64,000 nucleotides of DNA from an uncultured Spirochaetia bacterium. GTDB lineage: Bacteria > Desulfobacterota_D > UBA1144 > Nemesobacterales > UBA2774. The notes beneath the pieces are model-generated. The model was not told the DNA's origin and searched no databases. It saw only the letters and a program-made list of their open reading frames with translations. How positions within the stretch are numbered: the stretch's first letter is position 1; the number at the start of each line of letters is the position of its first letter. Location of the stretch: positions 66,233 to 130,232 of the forward strand of contig CAZPHQ010000003.1 of NCBI GenBank assembly GCA_964586675.1, in the 5' to 3' direction. A program made the position numbers and the translations under genes. Shown here piece by piece: positions 46,310 through 56,700 of this stretch.

Positions 46310-47421
46310 CTCGCACCCGAGCGCGAGACGTTCAATATTATTCCTATAGCCGAAAGGCAGACTATGAGCGACGAGCCGCCGTAGCTTATGAACGGCAGCG
46401 TGAGGCCCTTGGTCGGGAAAAGCCCGACGGCCACGGCCATATTTATCCCCGCCTGGATCGCTATCAGGAGAACGCAGCCGAAGACGAGATAGCATCCGAA
46501 GAGGTCCGGAGCGCGGAGAGAGACCCGGAGGCTCCTTATGAAGAGGACCGCGAATCCCGCTATAACGAGCGCTATGCCGATAAAGCCGAGCTCCTCGCCG
46601 ATTATCGAGAATATGAAGTCCGTATGCGCCTGCGGCAGGAAGAATAGCTTCTGCGAGCTGTCGCCAAGCCCCGTGCCGTAGACGCCGCCGAGCGCGAACG
46701 CTATGAAGGACTGTATCGCCTGGTAGCCCGAGCCGAGCGGATCCTGCCACGGATCCATGAACGAGGTGACGCGGTTCATTCTGTAGCCCTTGGTTAAGAC
46801 GGCGATTACGAGGAATATGACGGATATGACGCCGACCGGTATAAGGTATCTCATCTTAACGTCGCCGATGAAGAGCATTCCGAAAAGAACGGTCATCATT
46901 ATCGTGGCGCTTCCGAAATCCGGTTCGAGCAGGACGAGGAGCACGTAAACTCCCGCGACGAGAACGTGTGACGCGAAGCCGACTATGAAATTATCGAGCT
47001 TGTCCCTTTTTTTCGTGAGCGAATGAGCGAGGTAAAAGACGAGTATATATTTCGCGACCTCCGACGGCTGGAACGTGAAGAACCCGAGGTCGAGCCATCT
47101 CCGCGCTCCGCCGACTTCCTTACCTACTCCGGGTATGAGGACTATTATCAGCAGCAGGAGCCCGAAGAGATACGCCGGATAGACGAACTTTCTTAAGAAC
47201 CTGTAATCGATATGCATCAGAAAGAGCATGGATATCAGGCCGATGCCGAGGTATATGGAATGCCTTATCAGAAAATAATTGGCGTTCCCGTACATCTCGA
47301 GCGAGTAGATAGAGCTCGTGCTGTAAACCATGAGGACGCCCACGGCCACAAGGAACGCGGCCGAGAGGATAACCCCAATATCGTAATTGCCACCTTTCAG
47401 CGAATTAAATATTTGTAACAA
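46306..47421 (-). CDS. ftsW: Lipid II flippase / peptidoglycan polymerase FtsW (SEDS family). The start is approximate: a TTG preceded by an AGGAGG SD.
   Basis: Ten TM helices. SEDS motifs (FQPSEVAK, PEAHTDFIFS, GGSS). An AGGAGG SD lies ~10 nt upstream of the TTG at 47419-47421. The longer ATG-initiated ORF would overlap murD by ~200 nt. Confidence 0.75.
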   Translation of the reverse strand: MLQIFNSLKGGNYDIGVILSAAFLVAVGVLMVYSTSSIYSLEMYGNANYFLIRHSIYLGIGLISMLFLMHIDYRFLRKFVYPAYLFGLLLLIIVLIPGVGKEVGGARRWLDLGFFTFQPSEVAKYILVFYLAHSLTKKRDKLDNFIVGFASHVLVAGVYVLLVLLEPDFGSATIMMTVLFGMLFIGDVKMRYLIPVGVISVIFLVIAVLTKGYRMNRVTSFMDPWQDPLGSGYQAIQSFIAFALGGVYGTGLGDSSQKLFFLPQAHTDFIFSIIGEELGFIGIALVIAGFAVLFIRSLRVSLRAPDLFGCYLVFGCVLLIAIQAGINMAVAVGLFPTKGLTLPFISYGGSSLIVCLSAIGIILNVSRSGAR

Positions 47422-48727
47422 TGTCCTTATACCTCCTTCCTCTTTCTTCGTAGGAGCTGAACATATCGAAGCTCGAGCATGCGGGCGAGAAAAGAACCGT
47501 ATCGCCGGGGGCAAGGCTTTCGAGGGTTTTATTGACGGCGTCTTCGAGGGAATCGGCGAGTACCGAGTCGGCGTCCCCTCCCAGATCTTCCTGCATTCTG
47601 AATCTTGATTCACCGAACAGTACGAGCAGCTTTACCTTCTCCCGTATGGAGTCCCTGAGAGGGTCGTAGCTTACGCCCTTGTCCTTGCCGCCCGCTATCA
47701 GAATTATCGGAGCGGGGAGGCTTTCGAGCGCGCGGAGTGTCGCCCCGGGGCTCGTGGATTTTGAATCGTTATAGAATTTCGCGCCCCTTATCTCGCCCAG
47801 GTACTCGTTCCTGTGGGGGAGGGGACCAAACCCGACGACAGCTTTTCTTATAACCTCCGGCTCCGTTCCCATGACCCGCGTCGCGGCTATGGCCGCCATA
47901 ACGTTCTCGACGTTGTGATAGCCCGCGAGCTTCATGCCGGTGAGGTCGCAAGACTCGCCATCGAACGTGACATTTATCCCGTCGTACGAGACGGCGTTCC
48001 CCGGCCCTCCGAATGGAAGCTTCTTCGATTTTATGCGCCCGGCATAACCGGCGATCACTTCGTCGTCGGCCTTATATATGCACCAGTCGCCGGGGGTCTG
48101 GTTCGCGAATATGTTCATCTTCGATTCGGCGTACTCTTCGAAAGACGAATGATGGTCGAGGTGGTTCGGAGAAACGTTGAGTATGACGGCGACGTCAGGT
48201 CTGAACGTCTTCACGCCCTGGAGCTGAAAGCTGCTGAGCTCGAGGACGAGGATGTCGTATTCGTCTTCTTTTCCGACTATCGAGATTAGCGGCGTCCCGA
48301 TATTTGCGCCGAGGAATACGCGCTTGCCGCTCTTTTGAAGTATGTCTGCAATGAGTGTCGACGTTGTGGTCTTGCCGTTCGACCCTGTGACTGCGATTAC
48401 AGGCTTGTCTATAAACCTCGACGCGAGCTCGACCTCGCTCATTATCTCGACGCCCTTTCTCGCTGCCTCGGCGAGCGGCGGAATATTAAAGGGCACGCCG
48501 GGGCTCGGGATTATGACGTCCGCTGAAAGAAACGTTTCGGTCGTGTGCCCGCCCGTTTCGAGCTCGACGCCGAGGGATTTCAGCGTGTCCGCCTTCTCGC
48601 CGAGCTTTTCTTCGGAAGCGCCGTCGCTGAGCGACACGGACGCCCCCTTCGCGACGAGGAACCTCGCGGTTTCCATTCCTGTTTTTCCCGCCCCTACGAC
48701 GAGCACCTTCATTCCTTTAAGCTCCAT
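47405..48727 (-). CDS. murD: UDP-N-acetylmuramoylalanine--D-glutamate ligase.
   Basis: N-terminal Rossmann segment VLVVGAGKTG and the Mur-ligase motif GSNGKTTT. Confidence 0.9.
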   Translation of the reverse strand: MELKGMKVLVVGAGKTGMETARFLVAKGASVSLSDGASEEKLGEKADTLKSLGVELETGGHTTETFLSADVIIPSPGVPFNIPPLAEAARKGVEIMSEVELASRFIDKPVIAVTGSNGKTTTSTLIADILQKSGKRVFLGANIGTPLISIVGKEDEYDILVLELSSFQLQGVKTFRPDVAVILNVSPNHLDHHSSFEEYAESKMNIFANQTPGDWCIYKADDEVIAGYAGRIKSKKLPFGGPGNAVSYDGINVTFDGESCDLTGMKLAGYHNVENVMAAIAATRVMGTEPEVIRKAVVGFGPLPHRNEYLGEIRGAKFYNDSKSTSPGATLRALESLPAPIILIAGGKDKGVSYDPLRDSIREKVKLLVLFGESRFRMQEDLGGDADSVLADSLEDAVNKTLESLAPGDTVLFSPACSSFDMFSSYEERGRRYKDIVTNI

Positions 48728-48772
48728 AAGATTTCATTCACCGTGCCTTTTATCCGTGAATCTCCTTCCCTT

Positions 48773-49882
48773 TTATCTCAGCTTGAGCGTCGAAAGCGCG
48801 AACAGCGAGAGAACGAGGCATATGATCCAGAAACGTATCACGACCTTCGACTCCGACCAGCCGCTGAGCTCGAAGTGATGATGAAGCGGGGCCATTCTGA
48901 AAATCCTCTTCCGCGTGAGCTTGAAAGACGTGACCTGTAAAATGACTGACATCGCCTCTGCGACGAAGACTCCGCCTACGATTATGAGAATTATTTCCTG
49001 CTTTATTATGAGCGCGACGCCGCCTATGGCCGCGCCTAACGCGAGGGAGCCCACGTCGCCCATGAAAACCTGCGCGGGATGTGAGTTATACCAGAGGAAC
49101 CCTAGACACGCCCCGCCCACGGCAGCCAGAAAGACGGCCAGCTCGCCGGCCTCGGGGATGTAGGGAATCTGGAGGTATCTCGAAAATTCCGCGTTACCCG
49201 CGAGGTACGCGAATATGATATACGTCCCCGCCGCGACGACTATCGCTCCGATGGCGAGCCCGTCGAGGCCGTCCGTGAGGTTGACGCCGTTAGACGCCCC
49301 GACGACCGTAAGCACGGCGAACGGGAGGTAGAGCCAGCCGAGGTTTATAACAGCCTTTTTGAAGAAGGGGAGCATGACGGACGTGAACGAATAGTCGGCC
49401 GTTTTATCGGCGCTGAGGGCCATCTTGAAGCCTTCGATATCGGACATTAAAACGAGCACGAAGAGTATCGCGAAAAATATCTGGAGGACGAATTTTTCCC
49501 TCGCCTTCATCCCCTTTTTTCTCGTGAACTTGAGCCAGTCGTCGAGAAACCCTATGAGCGCGTAGCTCAGCGTGAAGAGAATAACCGCCCAGACGACTTC
49601 GCTCGTTATGTTGGTCCAGAGTAGGGCCGAGAACGTAATAGCTATGACTATGAACGCCCCGCCCATGGTCGGCGTTCCGGCCTTGGATTTATGTGTCGCG
49701 GGGCCGTCGTCCCTTATGTTTTCCCTGAACTGCCTTCTCGTAAGGAACCTGATGAACACGCCGCCGAGAACAATGCTTATGAGAAAGGCGGTGACGCCCG
49801 CCCCGAACGAGCGGAATGTGAGGTATCTGAATACGTTAAATATAATTGAATGGTCGTTCAGTAAATAAAGAAGGTAAAACAT
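48773..49882 (-). CDS. mraY: Phospho-N-acetylmuramoyl-pentapeptide transferase.
   Basis: Polytopic membrane protein with MraY motifs (NGVNLTDGLDGLA, HHHFE). Confidence 0.95.
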   Translation of the reverse strand: MFYLLYLLNDHSIIFNVFRYLTFRSFGAGVTAFLISIVLGGVFIRFLTRRQFRENIRDDGPATHKSKAGTPTMGGAFIVIAITFSALLWTNITSEVVWAVILFTLSYALIGFLDDWLKFTRKKGMKAREKFVLQIFFAILFVLVLMSDIEGFKMALSADKTADYSFTSVMLPFFKKAVINLGWLYLPFAVLTVVGASNGVNLTDGLDGLAIGAIVVAAGTYIIFAYLAGNAEFSRYLQIPYIPEAGELAVFLAAVGGACLGFLWYNSHPAQVFMGDVGSLALGAAIGGVALIIKQEIILIIVGGVFVAEAMSVILQVTSFKLTRKRIFRMAPLHHHFELSGWSESKVVIRFWIICLVLSLFALSTLKLR

Positions 49883-49884
49883 AC

Positions 49885-51249
49885 TTAAGCTCCTTCCATG
49901 AGCAGCTTCGTTACTTCTTCCATGCGCATCCCGCGGGACCCCTTTACGAGCACCATGTCTCCCTCGCGGGCGGCTTCGGCGACAGCCCTGGCGGCCTCGC
50001 CGTGGGTCTTCGCATGAACGCCCTTGCCGGCCCCTTCGATGACGTCTCCGCCGAAGTTTCCGTAGGCGACGATGACGTCGACACCCGCGCCGGATATGTC
50101 TTCACCGAGAGCCCTGTGCTCCGGCCTGCTCGCCTCACCGAGCTCGAGCATGTCGCCTATGACGGCTATCGACCTTCCGGCGCCTTTCAGCGCGACGAGC
50201 TCGTTTACGGCGCTCCTTATGGAATCGGGGTTGGCGTTATAGGTGTCGTTGATTATGCCGAATCCAGCCGGGCTCTTCAGAACTTCGAGACGCATCTTCC
50301 CGGGTTTGAACCCTTCGAGGCCGGCTTTGATTTCGTCCGGCCCGCAGCCGAGTGAATATGCTATACTGGCCGCGGAAAGCGCGTTCATCACGTTATGAAG
50401 CCCTATGCCGTTTATGCGGAGGGCCATATCCTTACCCAGAAAGCTCATTACGAACCTTATGCCTGTAAGGCCTTCCTGGATTATATCTTTTGCCCGGAGG
50501 TATGCGTTTTTGTTCTTTATGCCGTAAGTGAGCTTTATGCAGTCTGTTTGCGACGCTATCTTTTCAACGCGGGGATCGTCCAGATTGACTACGAATATAT
50601 TATCAGGGCCGAAGGATTCCACCAGCTCGCCTTTTGCCTTGGCTACGCCGTCGAGGCCCCCCAGCTTTTCGAGATGGGCCCTGCCGATGTTGGTGATAGT
50701 GCCGACGTCGGGACGGGATATCCCGGAGAGCTTGCTTATTTCGCCGAAGTCGTTCATGCCCAGCTCGACGACCGCCCTTTCATAGCTCTCGTCGAGCTCG
50801 AGCAGCGTCAGGGGAAGCCCTATCAGATTATTAAAATTGCCCGTGTTCTTATGCGTGTGGAATTTTAGCGAAACGATCGCGGCCGACATTTCCTTGGTCG
50901 TTGTTTTGCCGTTGGAGCCCGTGATGGCCGCGAGCTTTAAAGACGGGAAGCTCATCCTCCAGGCGGAGGCGAGGTCGCCAAGGGCTTTGAGTGTGGATGG
51001 GACGACTATAAGCGGTTTTGACGAGTCCGATTTACGGGAGGCCTTTTCTACGACGGCTGCAGCCGCGCCCTTCGAGAGGGCCTCGTCTACGAACCTGTGG
51101 CCGTCGAAGTTATCGCCCTTGAGCGCGACGAATAATTCCCCCGGGCGCACACTTCTCGAATCGGTCGTGACGCCGGAGAATCGCTCCACGACGTTCCCCG
51201 AAATAAGCCTGCCTTTGGTAGAATCGAGAACAAAACTAAGCTCGAACAT
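49885..51249 (-). CDS. murF: UDP-MurNAc-tripeptide--D-alanyl-D-alanine ligase.
   Basis: The Mur-ligase motif GSNGKTTTKE. Position between murE and mraY. Confidence 0.9.
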   Translation of the reverse strand: MFELSFVLDSTKGRLISGNVVERFSGVTTDSRSVRPGELFVALKGDNFDGHRFVDEALSKGAAAAVVEKASRKSDSSKPLIVVPSTLKALGDLASAWRMSFPSLKLAAITGSNGKTTTKEMSAAIVSLKFHTHKNTGNFNNLIGLPLTLLELDESYERAVVELGMNDFGEISKLSGISRPDVGTITNIGRAHLEKLGGLDGVAKAKGELVESFGPDNIFVVNLDDPRVEKIASQTDCIKLTYGIKNKNAYLRAKDIIQEGLTGIRFVMSFLGKDMALRINGIGLHNVMNALSAASIAYSLGCGPDEIKAGLEGFKPGKMRLEVLKSPAGFGIINDTYNANPDSIRSAVNELVALKGAGRSIAVIGDMLELGEASRPEHRALGEDISGAGVDVIVAYGNFGGDVIEGAGKGVHAKTHGEAARAVAEAAREGDMVLVKGSRGMRMEEVTKLLMEGA

Positions 51250-51265
51250 CCTCCCACCGGAAACC

Positions 51266-52759
51266 CTAGTTTGATTTTTCCCTGATCGCCTCGGCCGCGA
51301 CCTTCCTGTCGTCGAACGAATGCTTCACAGTCCCGACTATCTGGTAATCCTCGTGCCCCTTACCGGCTATGAGCACTGCGTCGCCGGGCCGCGCGATGCC
51401 GACTGCCTCGTTTATTGCTGCACGTCTGTCTTCTATTCTGAAATAAGTCTTTTCTTCCGCGCCGCGACTCTCCTTCACGCCGCGCTCGACGTCGTCGAGT
51501 ATGCTTCCGGGGGATTCGGTTCGCGGATTGTCGGAGGTTATTATGAGGACGTCCGAAAGCTCGATACCTACCCTTCCCATGATGGGTCTTTTGGTCCTGT
51601 CCCTGTCGCCACCGCATCCGAAGACGAGTATGACGCGGCCCGGCGTGAGCGGCCTTACGGCCGTGAGAACGTTTTCGAGCGCGTCCGGGGTATGTGCGTA
51701 GTCCACGAGCACTTCGAAACCATGGGAATTTTCGACGCGCTCCAGCCTTCCGGGAACTACCGAAAACCGGGCGAGCCCGTCCTCGACCTCATTAGGAGTA
51801 GAGCCGGTAGCGAGCGCCGCGGACGCCGCCGCGAGAATGTTCGAGAGATTGTGCTCCCCGAATAGGCGCGAGCTGATTTCGACCCTGCCCCAGGGCGTCG
51901 TTACGTCGGCCGATATGCCGCTTCCCGCAATGCTGTGCTCGAACGTATAAACGGAAGCCGCCGGATTGTCTATGGAATAGGTTATTACTTCGCCGGCCGC
52001 TTCGTCCGCGATCTCCTGCCCGGAGGGGTCGTCTATGTTTATTATGGAAAATTTCCGCGCCTTGTGGCTGTCTCTCAGAAGCTCGGTGAACAGCCTCTTT
52101 TTTACGTTCCTGTAATTCTCCATGGTGCCGTGGTAATCGAGGTGGTCCTGCGTGAGGTTGGTGAATACCGCAGCGTCGAATTCGCATCCGAGAACCCGGT
52201 CCTTGTCTATAGCGTGCGATGACACTTCCATGGCCACCCTGTCTACTCCGGAATCCCGCATCTCGCCGAGAAGCCTCATTATCTCGATCGATTCGGGTGT
52301 CGTCATCGGCGCGTCGATCTTCCGGCCCGAAAACCGGTAGTCGATGGTTCCGATAACGCCCGGATTTTTATTTCCTTCTTTCCAGATAGATTCGAGGAGG
52401 TATGTTATCGTGGTCTTGCCGTTAGTGCCCGTGATGCCGACCATCGTAAGGGACCGGGCGGGAAGGCCGTAAAAGTTGGCCGAAACCCCGGCAAGCGCAA
52501 CCCTCGAATCTTCGACTTCCACCACCGTGACGCCGTCCGGGATGTTGTCCGGAACGCGTTCGAGCAGTAATGCCGCGGCGCCCCTCTCAAGCGCCGGCTT
52601 TATGTAGCTGTGTCCGTCCTGTTTTTCCCCGCGCAGTGCGGCGAAGAGATACCCGCGTTCGACCTTCTGTGAATCAAGTACAATCCCTGAAATCTCAAGT
52701 CCGCCGTCGCCATGTATCTTCCTGATTTTTATGCCGCTCAGTATTTCATTTAAAATCAT
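51266..52759 (-). CDS. murE: UDP-MurNAc-L-Ala-D-Glu--2,6-diaminopimelate ligase.
   Basis: GTNGKTTITY and the DNPR motif. Confidence 0.9.
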   Translation of the reverse strand: MILNEILSGIKIRKIHGDGGLEISGIVLDSQKVERGYLFAALRGEKQDGHSYIKPALERGAAALLLERVPDNIPDGVTVVEVEDSRVALAGVSANFYGLPARSLTMVGITGTNGKTTITYLLESIWKEGNKNPGVIGTIDYRFSGRKIDAPMTTPESIEIMRLLGEMRDSGVDRVAMEVSSHAIDKDRVLGCEFDAAVFTNLTQDHLDYHGTMENYRNVKKRLFTELLRDSHKARKFSIINIDDPSGQEIADEAAGEVITYSIDNPAASVYTFEHSIAGSGISADVTTPWGRVEISSRLFGEHNLSNILAAASAALATGSTPNEVEDGLARFSVVPGRLERVENSHGFEVLVDYAHTPDALENVLTAVRPLTPGRVILVFGCGGDRDRTKRPIMGRVGIELSDVLIITSDNPRTESPGSILDDVERGVKESRGAEEKTYFRIEDRRAAINEAVGIARPGDAVLIAGKGHEDYQIVGTVKHSFDDRKVAAEAIREKSN

Positions 52760-54681
52760 ATGTTCTGCTTGAACTCTACCGAGCAGACCGTGCCGTCCTT
52801 TATCATGTCCCCTGGCGGAGGCGTCTGTCCGGTTACGAACCCGCTTCCGTTGACCTTCACCTTTACCCCCTGCTCCTCAGACCACTTGAGTATGTCCCTG
52901 ACGCTCTTCCCGCTGAGGTCCGGCATTATTTTTGCTCCCGCTATGTTCCTGCTCGGGGAAACGCCCATGTGAAAGAGAACCTTTTCCGCTATCTGCTTGA
53001 ATATCGGGGCCGCGACGTAGCCGCCGTAGGTGAGTTTCTTCGGGGCCTCGACCACTACTACCATAGTCAGTTTCGGGTCGTCCGACGGGGCGAACCCGAT
53101 GAACGAGGCTATATATCTGTCTGAATAATACCCGCCGTTCACAGGGTCGGGTATCTGGGCTGTTCCCGTCTTACCGGCGACTTTATATCCTGGTATCGCC
53201 GCCTTCTTGCCGCTCCCCTCCTCGACTACCCTTTCCATTATGCGCGTAACCTCGGCCGCCGTATCATACGAGAGCACCCTGCTTACCACCTCTGGCTCGT
53301 TTTCCCTGATCACGGTACCGTCGGGGCCCGTTATCTTTTTAACGAGGTGAGGCTTCATCAGATATCCTCCGTTCGCTATGGCCGAGAGCGCCGAGGCGAG
53401 TTGGAGTGAAGTAACTGAAACGCCCTGGCCGAATGAAATCGTCGCGAGCTCGATCTTGCCCCAGTACTTCGGGTTATAAAGCAGCCCGCCCGATTCGCCG
53501 GGGAGATCTATGCCGGTTTTGTCGCCGAAGCCGAATTTTTTAAGATATCTGTAGTAGCTTTCCTTTCCGAGGAGCTCGCCTATCTTGGACGCTCCTATGT
53601 TGCTCGAAACCCTGACTACGTCCGAGAGCGTCAGCGTGCCGTAGGGCTTAACGTCCTTTATGGTCCTCCCGCCGATCTTCCGTCTGCCGTTCTCGCAGTA
53701 AAACTCGGTCTCCGAGGTTGCCTTCCCTTCCTGTAGAGCCGCCGCCGCGAGAAACACCTTCATCGTCGAGCCGGGCTCGTACGTATACCAGATGGGCAGG
53801 TTCCTTCTGTTTTCGAGCGGGTACTTCCTGTAATCGTTCGGGTCGAGGAAGGGGTACGACGCCATAGCGAGCACTTCGCCGGTTTCGGGGTTGAGCACTA
53901 TGGCCATCCCCTTCTCGCCGCTCATCTGCTCGATGCCTTCCTTGAGCTCCCTTTCGACTATGTGCTGTATCTGTGCGTCTATAGTCAGTACTATTTCGTG
54001 TCCGGAGATTTTTTCCTCGCCGAAATCCTCGACTATATCGGGGTTGCTTACGATCTTCCTGCCTAGGGCGTCTTTCTTGAGCGTTATCTTGCCCGGCTTT
54101 CCTATGAGAAGGTTGTCGTAGCGGTATTCGATTCCCTCGATGCCGGTGGAGTCTATGTTCGTGAACCCGAGCACCTGGCCCATGAGGTGGCCGTTCGGAT
54201 AAACCCTCTTGGGCTCCTCCACGAAACCCACGCCTTCGAGCTTCATGGCCTCGAGCTCGGATGTGATCTCCGGCTCGACGAGCCTCTTCAGCCAAACGAA
54301 AGACGCCTTAGACGAGAGCTTGTCCTGGGTCGTTTTATCGGCCATGTCGAGCTTGGCGGATAAGGTCTTCGATAACTCCGCCGCATTTTTCACGGCGTAG
54401 GGATTAGCGAAAACGGATTTGATTTCTACGTTGACTGCGAGGTCTTTATTATTCCTGTCGAGAATTTTGCCCCTTCTCGGAAGGAGCGTCGAGCTTCCCT
54501 GGTGCTGTTTTCTGGCCAGCTGGAAAGCGCGGTCCCTGTCGAGCACCTGGAGATCGAGCGCCTTGACGGCGACCATCGTAAAGAGAAGAATGACGAATCC
54601 CGCGAGGATGGTGACCTTCCATTTCGGCCTTTCGAGATCCTTTCCAAGCGAAATTCTCTTGGTGCTCTTTTTCGGTCTCAT
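52756..54681 (-). CDS. ftsI: Penicillin-binding protein 3 / peptidoglycan D,D-transpeptidase FtsI, with a C-terminal PASTA domain.
   Basis: An N-terminal TM helix and PBP dimerisation domain are followed by a transpeptidase domain (STMK, SSN, KTGT). The C-terminal ~60 aa are PASTA-like. Confidence 0.9.
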   Translation of the reverse strand: MRPKKSTKRISLGKDLERPKWKVTILAGFVILLFTMVAVKALDLQVLDRDRAFQLARKQHQGSSTLLPRRGKILDRNNKDLAVNVEIKSVFANPYAVKNAAELSKTLSAKLDMADKTTQDKLSSKASFVWLKRLVEPEITSELEAMKLEGVGFVEEPKRVYPNGHLMGQVLGFTNIDSTGIEGIEYRYDNLLIGKPGKITLKKDALGRKIVSNPDIVEDFGEEKISGHEIVLTIDAQIQHIVERELKEGIEQMSGEKGMAIVLNPETGEVLAMASYPFLDPNDYRKYPLENRRNLPIWYTYEPGSTMKVFLAAAALQEGKATSETEFYCENGRRKIGGRTIKDVKPYGTLTLSDVVRVSSNIGASKIGELLGKESYYRYLKKFGFGDKTGIDLPGESGGLLYNPKYWGKIELATISFGQGVSVTSLQLASALSAIANGGYLMKPHLVKKITGPDGTVIRENEPEVVSRVLSYDTAAEVTRIMERVVEEGSGKKAAIPGYKVAGKTGTAQIPDPVNGGYYSDRYIASFIGFAPSDDPKLTMVVVVEAPKKLTYGGYVAAPIFKQIAEKVLFHMGVSPSRNIAGAKIMPDLSGKSVRDILKWSEEQGVKVKVNGSGFVTGQTPPPGDMIKDGTVCSVEFKQNI

Positions 54682-55037
54682 TCCACTCCGCTCACGACAG
54701 TTGTATCTTGCATTACGACTTTAGTGTCATTGATATAGATAGTGTCTTCCTGCGTCGGGTATTTGAATCCGAGCTCCAGGGCCACGGCTTCGAGCTTGTC
54801 CGGCGACTTCGCCATCATGAGCTCCGACTGGAGAATCCTCTTTTCGCGGAGGAGCTCGTTCGCCGCCTTGTTATTGCGCGATATGTCGTAGCCGATCCTG
54901 ATTCCCTCGACCTTGAACCTCACGTAAAAGAGGGCTAAAGCCACGACTATCAGAATGAGTATGATGTGCCACGTCGATATCGCCGGCCTTTCCGACTTTA
55001 CTTTTTCCCTCGATGTAAGCGCCCTTGCGTGACCCAT
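54678..55037 (-). CDS. ftsL: Cell division protein FtsL.
   Basis: A small bitopic protein with a TM helix (HIILILIVVALALFYV) followed by a coiled coil. Its position between rsmH and ftsI fits FtsL. Confidence 0.6.
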   Translation of the reverse strand: MGHARALTSREKVKSERPAISTWHIILILIVVALALFYVRFKVEGIRIGYDISRNNKAANELLREKRILQSELMMAKSPDKLEAVALELGFKYPTQEDTIYINDTKVVMQDTTVVSGVE

Positions 55038-55978
55038 TATATTTTCTCTCCCACCCTCATCTTGGCGCTTCGCGCCCTGGGGTTACTGACTGTTTCCTCT
55101 TCGCCGGGCTGTATCGGGGACCGGGTGATTATATCGAGAACCTTTTTCCTGCCGCATCCGCATACCGGAAGCCCCGGCGGGCATATGCACGGTGACGAAA
55201 GCCCCTGAAAGAAATTCTTTACTATCCTGTCCTCGAGCGAGTGGAAGGATATGACGACGAGCCTTCCGCCCGCCTTGAGGGCGTTCACGGCCTTTTGAAG
55301 AAATTCGCTTATATTTTCGAGCTCGTTGTTTACAGCTATCCTGAGCGCCTGGAAGGTCCTCGTTGCGGGGTGTGTCCTCGGCGGGTGGAACTTCACGGGA
55401 ATCGCCTGCGATACCAGCTCCGCAAGCTCGGAGGACGTTTTTATGGGGCTCGTCTTTCTCTTCTCGACGATCCTCCTCGCAATCTTCGGCGCCCATTTCT
55501 CCTCGCCGTACATCCTGAGCACCCTTGATATCTCGTCGGCGCCCATCTCGTTTACAAGGTCGTAGGCGGTGAACCTGAGCCGTGGGTCCATTCTCATGTC
55601 GAGCGGCTCGTCCCTCATGAAGCTGAATCCCCTTTCGCTCGAATCGAGCTGATAGGAAGACATGCCGAGGTCGGCCACGATGCCGTCGACCTCTTTTATT
55701 TCGAGGCCTTCGAGCACTTTATCTATGTTGGAAAAATTGCTGTTCTTGAAAATTACGTGGCCGTTGTATTTAGAGAGCGCTTCGCGGGCGAGAGACATCG
55801 CTTCCTCGTCCACGTCGAGACCTATCACGAGGGACTTGCAGCCGGTGGCTTCGAGTATGGACTTCGTATGGCCTCCGAGACCGAGTGTCGCGTCGACGTA
55901 TATGCCCTCGGGCCGCGTTACGAGGTATCTCGTAACCTCTTCGGGCATCACGGGGACGTGAACGGGCCCCTCCATTTC
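55037..55978 (-). CDS. rsmH: 16S rRNA (cytosine1402-N4)-methyltransferase RsmH (MraW). Start placed at MEGPVHVPVM.
   Basis: HVPVM...GIYVDATLGLGGHT SAM-binding motif. The longer ORF extension would overlap mraZ. Confidence 0.9.
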   Translation of the reverse strand, partial: EMEGPVHVPVMPEEVTRYLVTRPEGIYVDATLGLGGHTKSILEATGCKSLVIGLDVDEEAMSLAREALSKYNGHVIFKNSNFSNIDKVLEGLEIKEVDGIVADLGMSSYQLDSSERGFSFMRDEPLDMRMDPRLRFTAYDLVNEMGADEISRVLRMYGEEKWAPKIARRIVEKRKTSPIKTSSELAELVSQAIPVKFHPPRTHPATRTFQALRIAVNNELENISEFLQKAVNALKAGGRLVVISFHSLEDRIVKNFFQGLSSPCICPPGLPVCGCGRKKVLDIITRSPIQPGEEETVSNPRARSAKMRVGEKI

Positions 55979-56000
55979 CACGGCTGCGCTTTCCATGTCG

Positions 56001-56447
56001 CTATAGTCCTTGTCCCGCAAGTATGTCCCTGCTCTTTTTGAATTCGTCATAAGCACGCGCCTGCTCCTCTTCTTCCCACACCTCTCGGGACCATATCTCT
56101 ATTCGGGTCAGCATACCTATCATGATCAGCTCTTTATCGATACGCGCATGGTTTCTGAGCGACTGTGGAATGAGAACACGGCCCTGACCGTCGAGGGGGC
56201 AGTCGACCGCGCCGCCCATGAGGTACCTCAGAAAGGAGATGACCTCCTGCTTGAACTGAGGCAGCTCGGAAACCCTTCGCTCGATTTCGTTCCACTCCTT
56301 CAGCGGATAAGCGACCAGGCATTTGTCGAAATTGGTGATGACGAAGGTCTCTTCACCATATTTCTCACGGCATATTTCACGGAACTTGGCGGGGATGCTC
56401 ACGCGTCCCTTATCCGTCATTGTGTGCTCGTATCGGCCTCGAAACAT
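56001..56447 (-). CDS. mraZ: Transcriptional regulator MraZ.
   Basis: MFRGRYEHTMTDKGRVSIPAKFR... and a second DxxxR repeat. Confidence 0.9.
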   Translation of the reverse strand: MFRGRYEHTMTDKGRVSIPAKFREICREKYGEETFVITNFDKCLVAYPLKEWNEIERRVSELPQFKQEVISFLRYLMGGAVDCPLDGQGRVLIPQSLRNHARIDKELIMIGMLTRIEIWSREVWEEEEQARAYDEFKKSRDILAGQGL

Positions 56448-56450
56448 ATC

Positions 56451-56490
56451 ATACCATTTTATGCCACTTTATACCACTTAAAACCACTAT
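56451..56490 (-). promoter_or_regulatory. Four tandem 10-bp MraZ-box-like direct repeats (A[A/T]AGTGG on the mraZ strand), lying immediately 5' of mraZ.
   Basis: Plus strand reads ataccatttt / atgccacttt / ataccactta / aaaccactat at exact 10-bp register. On the minus strand these read AAAATGGTAT, AAAGTGGCAT, TAAGTGGTAT and ATAGTGGTTT. Confidence 0.55.
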
Positions 56491-56700
56491 ATAAAAATAT
56501 GTTAAGTTTGTCAAGTAAGTTTGTGATATTTAATAATTTTTTATGAATATTCTGTCCCCGGCCGAAAAATTCGGCGCTATGGACATTGGGATAATAACGA
56601 ACTCCGGAGGCTTTCACAATCGGAACTTTAAAAATGTAGCGTAATTATCTCATATTATTGAATATAAGACTGTTTGACGTAAATGCCGAGGGAGGTGCTT

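Noticed and set aside
46310-46750. N-terminal 147-aa extension of the murG ORF
   Set aside because: The conserved MurG N-terminus GGGTGGHIFPA begins at the internal ATG (46309). The extension overlaps ftsW and is Arg-rich and non-homologous.
47422-47613. Upstream extension of the ftsW ORF
   Set aside because: It would overlap murD by about 200 nt. A TTG with an AGGAGG SD at 47419-47421 gives a sensible junction.
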